In this document: positions 57,620 to 64,000 of the stretch, one piece after another
Layout of the letters: each line of letters begins with the position of its first letter
Numbering within the stretch: the stretch's first letter is position 1
From: an uncultured Gammaproteobacteria bacterium
GTDB lineage: Bacteria; Patescibacteriota; Microgenomatia; UBA8517
Length of the DNA: 64,000 bases
NCBI GenBank assembly: GCA_964583685.1
Contig: CAZOVJ010000002.1
Location: 111,333-175,332 of the forward strand
Direction of reading: 5' to 3'
Position numbers and translations under genes: made by a program
Notes under the pieces: generated by a model
Seen by the model: only the letters and a program-made list of their open reading frames with translations
What the model was told of the DNA's origin: nothing
Database searches by the model: none

Positions 57620-58961
57620 ACTCAAAATGAATAAGCTAAAATTACCAACATTGATTGCTGTTATAGTTCTCACCATGGGGCTGGCAGCCGGCGTTCTTTT
57701 GTTACAAAGTAAACAAATCTTTAAACTCGGGGCCTCTCCTGACATTGCCCCAAAAGATGTCAGGATAACAAATATTACGGACACTTCCTTTACTGTCTCC
57801 TGGACAACAGATAAAAAAACCAGTGGTTTTATTATTTGGGGAAAAACTGAACAATTGGGACAGACAACAATTCCGGAAAACCAAGGATTAAAAAACGTTC
57901 ATTCAATAACCACTAGACAGCTTTCTCTTGAAACAGCTTACTTTTTAAAAATCAATTCCAATGCCAACGAATTTGATAATAGTGGAATTCCCTGGCGGAT
58001 GAAAACCGGTCCCTCTCTTAAAATCCTCTCTGTTCCGGGAATCATTTCCGGCTCTATTTTGACCGCCACTGGACAACCAGCAGCAGAAGTTACTGTTTTT
58101 GTCAGTGCCGGAGGAATCAGCCCTCTGTCGGCAACAACTTCTCAGGATGGCAGTTGGGTAATTCCCTTGTCTAACATCCGCAGTGCGGACCTTTCTTCAT
58201 TTGGGCAGTTAAAACAGGCAAATGTTCTTTTAGAAATCTTTGTTCAAGGAGGCCCGCTGGGAGTTGCTACTGCCAAAATCTTTACCAATTCGGCTAATCC
58301 CACCCCCCATATCATTCTCGGTAAAACACATGATTTTAGAAATGAGCCGGCAAATGAAGCTTCCGAACTGCCCGAGGCCTCAATCAATTTACCAGAAGAA
58401 TCCACGCCCTCTTCTGGCTTTGAAATCCCTGAGGAAATAGCCACACCTTCGGGGGAAACAATCAGTATAGAAAGTATAAGTGAAGGAGAAACTATAAGTT
58501 CCACCGAGCCAGAATTCTTCGGGAAAGGGCCTTCGGGAACCATTATTACTATTACCATCGAATCAGACCCGATCTCCGCTCAAACAACTGTTAATTCTTC
58601 GGGAAATTGGAATTGGAACCCACCAGAAGAACTAGAAGAAGGAACACATCAAATTACTCTTTCTTGGAAAGACAGCAATGATATCTTAAGGACCTTAACC
58701 CGAAACTTCATTGTTCAAGCAGCAGAAGGGCCTGCTTTTGAATCAACACCCTCGGCTGAGCCGACTGCTTCTCCATCTCCTTCTCCAACTCCCTCTGCCA
58801 GCCCTTCAGCCTCTCCCCGTGTAAGCCTACCCTCTACTGAATCAGGAACCCCAATTCCCGGAACCTTGACACCCACTCTAGTCTTGTTTACGATAGGAAC
58901 AGGGCTACTTACTTTGAGTGGAGCACTTGTTTATTTATTGTTGTTTCATAAACAAAATTAA
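57612..58961 (+). CDS. Cell-surface protein with an N-terminal anchor, an FN3-like domain, Ig-like domains, a Ser/Pro-rich linker and a C-terminal hydrophobic anchor
   Basis: The FN3-like signature is DVRITNITDTSFTVSWTTDKKTSGFIIWGKT. The linker is AEPTASPSPSPTPSASPSASP. The C-terminus ...LPSTESGTPIPGTLTPTLVLFTIGTGLLTLSGALVYLLLFHKQN has a sorting-signal-like architecture. Confidence 0.5.
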   Translation: MNKLKMNKLKLPTLIAVIVLTMGLAAGVLLLQSKQIFKLGASPDIAPKDVRITNITDTSFTVSWTTDKKTSGFIIWGKTEQLGQTTIPENQGLKNVHSITTRQLSLETAYFLKINSNANEFDNSGIPWRMKTGPSLKILSVPGIISGSILTATGQPAAEVTVFVSAGGISPLSATTSQDGSWVIPLSNIRSADLSSFGQLKQANVLLEIFVQGGPLGVATAKIFTNSANPTPHIILGKTHDFRNEPANEASELPEASINLPEESTPSSGFEIPEEIATPSGETISIESISEGETISSTEPEFFGKGPSGTIITITIESDPISAQTTVNSSGNWNWNPPEELEEGTHQITLSWKDSNDILRTLTRNFIVQAAEGPAFESTPSAEPTASPSPSPTPSASPSASPRVSLPSTESGTPIPGTLTPTLVLFTIGTGLLTLSGALVYLLLFHKQN

Positions 58962-58986
58962 AAGTCAGGGCCCAAAATTTTAAACA

Positions 58987-60195
58987 ATGCCAGATCAACC
59001 TGCCCCAAACAAACCAGATAAACCTGTTTCTCAACCTTCTCAGCCCGTTAGTGGCAAGCCGCCAGCTCCAACCCTTCCTCCCCAACCATCAACTCCTGGA
59101 GCTCCCCCTGCACCAATTCCTCCTGGGCCTCCTCCTCCATCTCCTCCTATATCTCCTCTGCCTTCAAAATCAGAGAGTGAAGAACTTCCTCCAATCATTA
59201 GCACTCCAGCCAAAAAGAAATTGGGCAAAGGCAAAATAGTTGCCGCAATTTTGGGAGTTTTGCTTTTGGTTGGCGGCGTTACGGCCGGAGTAATCCTGGT
59301 CCAACAGCGCCAGGAATTAAGAGAAAAGGCAGCATGTACCCCATGCCTAGGAGGGACATGTCCTGATGGATGGTCGTACGGGCCTGATGAATGTTCCTGG
59401 CAACCATGCGACGCTAGGGCGATAGAAGCGTGTAAGGACCATCAAATTACTTCGGACGGTGGCGGTGAAGAACCCAGTGAAGGAGAAGGTCCTTATTGCG
59501 CCATCTGTAGTCCTGCGGACGCATGCGAGTGCGATAAGGGTACTACAACAGGTTATAAATGCAAATTTGCTCCCTCAGAGTGTGCTCATTTAGGCTACAC
59601 CTGGCAACCAGATTCCAGCTGCCCGACTGGTCAATCATGTGGTGACGAGGGAGAGGAAGCTGGTTTTGAATACATTACATTCGAGTGCGATCGGTGCGAA
59701 GGACTAAAATGCCAAACCGAACCGGTAATAGGAGTTAATCCTCGATTCATGCTTGGTAACCATCCCGGACCCTGTAGTCAGGTAGATAGAAGACCGATAG
59801 GCTCCACTGATGGCTGGACCGCTCACGATCTCTGCGATAACGACGATTGGTGTATATCACCAACCGCTACCCCAACCTTACCTCCGGGTATAACCTGTCA
59901 GTGTCGGGAAATCAAGGCCTTTGATACCGGCTGGAATCAGTTAACCTCAGAACAGCTAGGGCAGCTCCAGGCTGGAGATACCGTCTATTTCACTGTTAGC
60001 GGTACTAAAACCTCAGGAATTTTTGACAAGGCGAGGTTTACCATTAATGCCATTCTCAGACCAGAGGTTACCAACAAAAGACCGGGAACTGACGAATTCT
60101 ATGACCAGTATCAAATTACCTCAACCGATATTAGCCGGGGTAGTATCAGTCTGGGAGCCATCATTCATCATCAAGAATTAGATGAATGGTTCTAA
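58987..60195 (+). CDS. Membrane-anchored Cys-rich extracytoplasmic protein with a Pro-rich cytoplasmic N-terminus
   Basis: An approximately 80-aa Pro-rich N-terminus (PAPNKPDKPVSQPSQPVSGKPPAPTLPPQPSTPGAPPAPIPPGPPPPSPP) is followed by a TM and about 27 Cys in CxxC / C-x-C patterns (CTPCLGGTCPDG...CAICSPADACECDKG...CDRCEGLKCQ), with a beta-rich C-terminal domain. Confidence 0.5.
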   Translation: MPDQPAPNKPDKPVSQPSQPVSGKPPAPTLPPQPSTPGAPPAPIPPGPPPPSPPISPLPSKSESEELPPIISTPAKKKLGKGKIVAAILGVLLLVGGVTAGVILVQQRQELREKAACTPCLGGTCPDGWSYGPDECSWQPCDARAIEACKDHQITSDGGGEEPSEGEGPYCAICSPADACECDKGTTTGYKCKFAPSECAHLGYTWQPDSSCPTGQSCGDEGEEAGFEYITFECDRCEGLKCQTEPVIGVNPRFMLGNHPGPCSQVDRRPIGSTDGWTAHDLCDNDDWCISPTATPTLPPGITCQCREIKAFDTGWNQLTSEQLGQLQAGDTVYFTVSGTKTSGIFDKARFTINAILRPEVTNKRPGTDEFYDQYQITSTDISRGSISLGAIIHHQELDEWF

Positions 60196-60673
60196 AAAAA
60201 TGAAAGAATTTTTAAAGAAAAATACAATTACGGTCTTAATTATCATTGCCACCATCGTCTTAGCTGGCATCGCTATGTTTACCGCCTTCAGGCTCTATCA
60301 GCTAAGACAAAAGGCGGTCGCCCCCACTGTACCCGAAAGCAGGCCGGCTGCCGAAGAACTTCCCGCGCCTGTTCCTGATTGCACCCTGACCTTTGCTTTT
60401 GCTGCCACGCCAACTCCCACAGCAACACCGACTGGAAGCCCCAGCCCTACACCGACAGCCACGCCGGCAGAAAGTCCAACACCCACACCAACAGCCACTC
60501 CCACATCCACTCCCTCTCCCAGCCCGACTGTTACACCCAGTCCAGGTGTCATTCCAACCCCCTCACCCACCCCGGCCCCTGAGCTGCCAGAAGCAGGCAT
60601 CAACTTACCAACAATCTGCGGGCTTGGCATTGGCGCCCTTCTCCTCATTATCAGCCTCATCCTAGCCCTCTAG
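60182..60673 (+). CDS. Small surface protein with an N-terminal anchor, a Thr/Pro-rich mucin-like repeat region, and a C-terminal LPEAG + hydrophobic tail
   Basis: TPTPTATPTGSPSPTPTATPAESPTPTPTATPTSTPSPSPTVTPSPGVIPTPSPTPAPELPEAGINLPTICGLGIGALLLIISLILAL. The repeat DNA yields spurious overlapping ORFs in other frames. Confidence 0.5.
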   Translation: MNGSKKMKEFLKKNTITVLIIIATIVLAGIAMFTAFRLYQLRQKAVAPTVPESRPAAEELPAPVPDCTLTFAFAATPTPTATPTGSPSPTPTATPAESPTPTPTATPTSTPSPSPTVTPSPGVIPTPSPTPAPELPEAGINLPTICGLGIGALLLIISLILAL

Positions 60674-60686
60674 GTTCTTTTGTTCC

Positions 60687-63095
60687 TTATCTCCATGAAG
60701 AAAACCAGTAATAAGAATTGTCCAGACTAAGTGGTATTTTCAAGCCTATCCAATGAGGATAAAAATAAAGGAAAATTATTCCTGCAAGGACAAAGAAGGG
60801 AATGGCCAGTCTAGAAAACCTTCTCAGAACATAAGCTGTTACCATTGCCAAAAAGGGCATTGAAGGCAGATAATGATAAAGAAACATTATTCTCGGTGAA
60901 ATTGCCCAGGGAACAAAAAAGGCAAAACAGGAAAAAACAATCAAAGCCAGTTTTTTATTTTTTTCAAAATAGGCATAAATTAGGCAAATGACAATTGCCA
61001 ACACTCCAAACCAAAAAACCAGGGGATTACCCATGGCATAGATATTGGCAACTGCATGCCTGATTGCTCCGCTGGTATAAAGCCAAACCGGCCGAAGCAA
61101 AAAGGGCCAACTCCACCAGGGAGATGTATAAGGATGAGTGGCTTCCAGTTGGGAATGATACCACCACATTTGTTTTTGGAGACCAACGAAAATATCCCAA
61201 CCATGGCCAGTTAAAAAGAGCGGCAGATAACTTGCCAGGTAGACGGCTGCCGGAACAAGCAAAAACCAAAGGTAACCCTTGGTAAATTTTCGTTTAAGAG
61301 AGAAGTGGGAAATTAGCAAAACCGGAATCATCCAGATGACAGTCCATTTGGAAGCAGCAGCCAGACCCAAGGCCATGGCCGAGAAAAGGTTTTCCTTTTT
61401 AAGGAAGAGATAAAGAGAAAGCAGGCTAAAAAACAAAAAATAAATATCGTTCATGGCGATTCTGGACATGCTTAAGACCAGGCCGTCCAAGGCAAAAGCT
61501 CCTGAGGCCAAGAGAGCTAGTAGCCGGTCTTTAAATAGCTCTTTTGTCAGTAAATAAACAAGATAAACCGTGACCACGCCCAGTAAGGCCGCCGGAATCC
61601 TCCAGCCAAAGGCATTTTCGCCAAAAACAAGCATCCCCAAAACCATTGCTTCTTTAGCCAACGGCGGGTGGGTCCATTCATAGGCAAAACCTTTAGGCGG
61701 CGTATTCCACCATTCCCAGACCTTTGGGTCCCCATGAAGCATGCGCCGGGCCGTAAAGGCATGATAAACCTCATCAAAATATTCTTTTTTGGGCTGACCC
61801 AACCAGGCAACTCGGGTTAAAAAGGAGAAAATGAGCAGGCCAATTAGTAAGTTTCGACCCACAACTTGGCTTATGTCTTTCCTCTTCTTTTCCTTCTTAA
61901 ATTTAATTAACTGATTGAATAAAGGTAAAGCAAACCTTTTACTTTTCTTCACCAATATTTCACGGAAGAGAAAAAAGAGAAACCCAAGGTTGAAAAGGAT
62001 AAAAATTTTTAGAACCAAGGGAGAAAAAACGCTCAAAAAATCTTTTGTTATCCAGTTAAAGGAATAATATAAATTAGCAAGATAAATGGCGGAAAAGCCA
62101 AGATAAGGAATCCAAAGACGAGAATTTAAAACTGAAGCAATTGCCAGAAAGGCAAAAGCCGGTAAAAGATGTCTTTCGTGCATCCGGGTAAAAAAGAAAA
62201 AGCTTGAAATAAAAATCATGCTAGCCAGAAAATAGCGACCCCCCTTAACTTTTCTTGAGCACCATAAGACTAATAAAGATAGAGTAAAAGTGATAATCAG
62301 TCCGGCTATCTGTAAACCTAGGTTATCCTTTTGCCAAAAACCAAAAAGCCCCAAAAAATTAAAAGCATTAATAGTCGTATAGGGATATTGATTAAGACCT
62401 GTCTGGATTCTTGACAAGATAAAAACAACTAAATTCTGTTCTCCAGAAAAAGGGACAAATCCCAGGATAAAAATCAAGAAAGCAAAAACTATATAAATAA
62501 AAATCTTTTTTGTTTTCCATTTCTCTTTTAACATAATGAAAAGAACAACTGCTGCCGCCAGTCCTGCCTGGGGTTTAACCAATGTGCCAAAGCTCAAGAA
62601 AAACGCTGAAAGAAAAGGATTGATATCAACTAAGTAAATCGCCAAAAGAGAGAATAGGGCGGTTAAGGAATCTACCTGCCCCCAAAGACTAGAGTTTGCC
62701 AAAATAGCAGGATTAAAAACATAGAAACTGGCCGCAATCAAACCCCACTTTTTGTTTTTAATCTTCCTAACAATCAAGTAGATTAACCAGCCACTGAGAA
62801 TATCAGAAATAATCGCCGGGAATTTATAAAGAATAACGCTAGGTATTGACAGCCAATTACTTAATTTTGCCAAAAAACCAAGTATGTAAAGATAGCCGGG
62901 AAGATAATCGCACCAGCTCTGATAAAACCTGGCAAACCCTACATTGACCAATCTGTTGCTCCAAGCAATAAAAGTGTTTTGGTCAAGCTCCAGTGTTCCA
63001 TGGGGAGAAAGAAAAAATCTGACTATCAAAGCTGTTAAAAGTAGCAGTAAAATAGGGAAGAGTGAAAAAAGCTTTTCCCTTTTTTCAGATTCCAT
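60687..63095 (-). CDS. Large polytopic membrane glycosyltransferase, GT-C fold (PMT/ArnT-like), apparently two GT-C-like modules fused
   Basis: 802 aa with more than 20 TM segments. The C-terminal half carries a PMT/ArnT-type first-loop motif YFDEVYHAFTARRML followed by multi-TM helices. The N-terminal half is a second polytopic module (…FARFYQSWCDYLPGYLYILGF…). Confidence 0.5.
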   Translation of the reverse strand: MESEKREKLFSLFPILLLLLTALIVRFFLSPHGTLELDQNTFIAWSNRLVNVGFARFYQSWCDYLPGYLYILGFLAKLSNWLSIPSVILYKFPAIISDILSGWLIYLIVRKIKNKKWGLIAASFYVFNPAILANSSLWGQVDSLTALFSLLAIYLVDINPFLSAFFLSFGTLVKPQAGLAAAVVLFIMLKEKWKTKKIFIYIVFAFLIFILGFVPFSGEQNLVVFILSRIQTGLNQYPYTTINAFNFLGLFGFWQKDNLGLQIAGLIITFTLSLLVLWCSRKVKGGRYFLASMIFISSFFFFTRMHERHLLPAFAFLAIASVLNSRLWIPYLGFSAIYLANLYYSFNWITKDFLSVFSPLVLKIFILFNLGFLFFLFREILVKKSKRFALPLFNQLIKFKKEKKRKDISQVVGRNLLIGLLIFSFLTRVAWLGQPKKEYFDEVYHAFTARRMLHGDPKVWEWWNTPPKGFAYEWTHPPLAKEAMVLGMLVFGENAFGWRIPAALLGVVTVYLVYLLTKELFKDRLLALLASGAFALDGLVLSMSRIAMNDIYFLFFSLLSLYLFLKKENLFSAMALGLAAASKWTVIWMIPVLLISHFSLKRKFTKGYLWFLLVPAAVYLASYLPLFLTGHGWDIFVGLQKQMWWYHSQLEATHPYTSPWWSWPFLLRPVWLYTSGAIRHAVANIYAMGNPLVFWFGVLAIVICLIYAYFEKNKKLALIVFSCFAFFVPWAISPRIMFLYHYLPSMPFLAMVTAYVLRRFSRLAIPFFVLAGIIFLYFYPHWIGLKIPLSLDNSYYWFSSWR

Positions 63096-63113
63096 TAAAA
63101 GTATTTTACCTTA

Positions 63114-64000
63114 ATGTTAAATCGCAAAGAAAAAAAACTGGCATTTTTTGTCCTCTTTTCGCGCATTTTTCTCTTGCTGGGAATATATCTTTTGAGCATC
63201 TCCATTGTAAATCAGCCACCATCCTTTTCGAAGTTCTTGGAAACTTACGCCAGCCGCTGGGATGGAGACCATTACATTTTTATCTCCCAAAATGGTTATG
63301 TGACAGAATGGCCTGAGGCAAGTTTCATTGTCTTTCTTCCTTTTTACCCACTTACAATTAAAGCTGTAAACTACCTAATTAAAAATCCCCTGATAACCGG
63401 CGTTTTGCTCTCCAATTCATTCTTTATGTTGGCCGCCTTGGCTTTTTACAAACTTCTCAGACTTGACTATTCTCAAAAAATAGCCAGCTTGGCAATTGTC
63501 CTTCTCGCCATCTTTCCCACTTCCTATTTCTTCTCAGCCGCATATCCAGAATCGCTTTTTCTCCTCCTTTTTGCCTTGACATTTTATTTAACAAGAAAGC
63601 ATCTCTTTTTTGTTTCTTCTCTCACGGCCGGCCTTCTCACCCTAACCAAGCCCTTTGGTATACTCATCTGGTTTCCTCTTGTTGTCGAATTTTATCAATC
63701 GAAAAGAAAAAAACTAAAACAGCTTTTCCCATTGCTTCTAGTTCTCGTTTTTTCTAGTTCTCTTTATCTTTTTATAAATTTTTATACCTACAAAGACCCC
63801 TTGGCATTCCAAAAATTTTTAAACAAAAATTGGTACAAATCCTTTGCCTTCCCCTGGCAGGGAATTCTTGAGAGCTGGAAAAGGGGATTCTCAACTCCGG
63901 AATGGGGTAGTTATAAAATTCTCATTGGATTCGCTGAAGCAGTTGCTTCAATAGTCGCTTGGCTCTGTATCCCTTTGGCCTTTCTCAGGAAAACAAAAAT
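63114..64000 (+). CDS. GT-C family membrane mannosyltransferase-like protein (PIG-V/DUF2029-like), partial; continues past the window end
   Basis: ATG at 63114, an open frame to the window end with no stop (checked by hand), and missing from the ORF track. The motif YASRWDGDHYIFISQNGYVTEWPEASFIVFLPFYPL resembles the W-D-x-x-H/Y-Y...GY...AFFPLYP signature of PIG-V-type GT-C mannosyltransferases; multiple TM helices. Confidence 0.5.
   Translation, partial: MLNRKEKKLAFFVLFSRIFLLLGIYLLSISIVNQPPSFSKFLETYASRWDGDHYIFISQNGYVTEWPEASFIVFLPFYPLTIKAVNYLIKNPLITGVLLSNSFFMLAALAFYKLLRLDYSQKIASLAIVLLAIFPTSYFFSAAYPESLFLLLFALTFYLTRKHLFFVSSLTAGLLTLTKPFGILIWFPLVVEFYQSKRKKLKQLFPLLLVLVFSSSLYLFINFYTYKDPLAFQKFLNKNWYKSFAFPWQGILESWKRGFSTPEWGSYKILIGFAEAVASIVAWLCIPLAFLRKTK

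Noticed and set aside
57612-57650. Possible type IV prepilin signal at the N-terminus of the 449-aa protein (MNKLKMNKLKLPTLIAVIV...)
   Set aside because: There is no G/FxxxE prepilin peptidase motif. It looks like an ordinary signal-anchor, so the protein is not called a pilin.
60298-60665. Three overlapping ORFs (60298..60660 minus, 60379..60582 plus, 60393..60665 plus) inside the 163-aa surface-protein gene
   Set aside because: All arise from the ACNCCNACN Thr/Pro repeat DNA, which stays open in several frames. The plus-strand frame 60182..60673, with a signal-anchor and a hydrophobic C-terminus, is the coherent gene.
1-64000. Search for CRISPR arrays, rRNA genes and IS/transposase genes
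   Set aside because: No spaced direct-repeat arrays, no rRNA-like stretches, and no transposase, integrase or terminal inverted repeats were seen. The only candidate mobile-type element is the toxin-antitoxin insertion.

Overview
This 64 kb window is a dense, mostly minus-strand block of core information-processing genes from a small-genome bacterium. The gene content and architecture suggest Candidate Phyla Radiation / Patescibacteria: rpmD (L30) is absent, rpoB and rpoC are fused, infB and alaS are shortened, and rbfA and truB are missing. This placement is an inference from the sequence, not a database result.

Minus-strand content, from low to high coordinates:
- the recA N-terminus (partial), an acidic hypothetical protein, and tRNA-Pro(GGG);
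- an uninterrupted ribosomal-protein supercluster: rpsI-rplM-rplQ-rpoA-rpsD-rpsK-rpsM-rpmJ-infA-map-adk-secY-rplO-rpsE-rplR-rplF-rpsH-rpsZ-rplE-rplX-rplN-rpsQ-rpmC-rplP-rpsC-rplV-rpsS-rplB-rplW-rplD-rplC;
- a plus-strand Phd/YefM-RelE/ParE toxin-antitoxin pair inserted between rplC and rpsJ;
- rpsJ-tuf-fusA-rpsG-rpsL and a 2310-aa in-frame RpoB-RpoC fusion with a strong upstream sigma70-like promoter;
- mltG, a zinc-ribbon protein, ruvX, a sortase, and a 720-aa membrane protein;
- alaS, a rodZ-like gene, ftsK, rnj, a family-4 UDG, a Lon-like AAA+ module with no protease domain, pnp and rpsO;
- an unknown 280-aa gene, infB and nusA;
- a PP2C phosphatase, the hrcA-grpE-dnaK-dnaJ operon with a CIRCE operator, and murJ.

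The most unusual region is 55.8-64.0 kb. On the plus strand it holds rpsT, then PilN- and PilO-like genes, a small membrane protein, and three membrane-anchored surface proteins: an FN3/Ig-like protein, a Cys-rich protein with a Pro-rich N-terminus, and a Thr/Pro-rich mucin-like protein. These are flanked by two large GT-C (PMT/ArnT/PIG-V-like) membrane glycosyltransferases. Together this looks like a candidate O-glycosylated cell-surface or attachment apparatus, with a sortase encoded elsewhere in the window.

No CRISPR array, rRNA gene or transposase was recognised.
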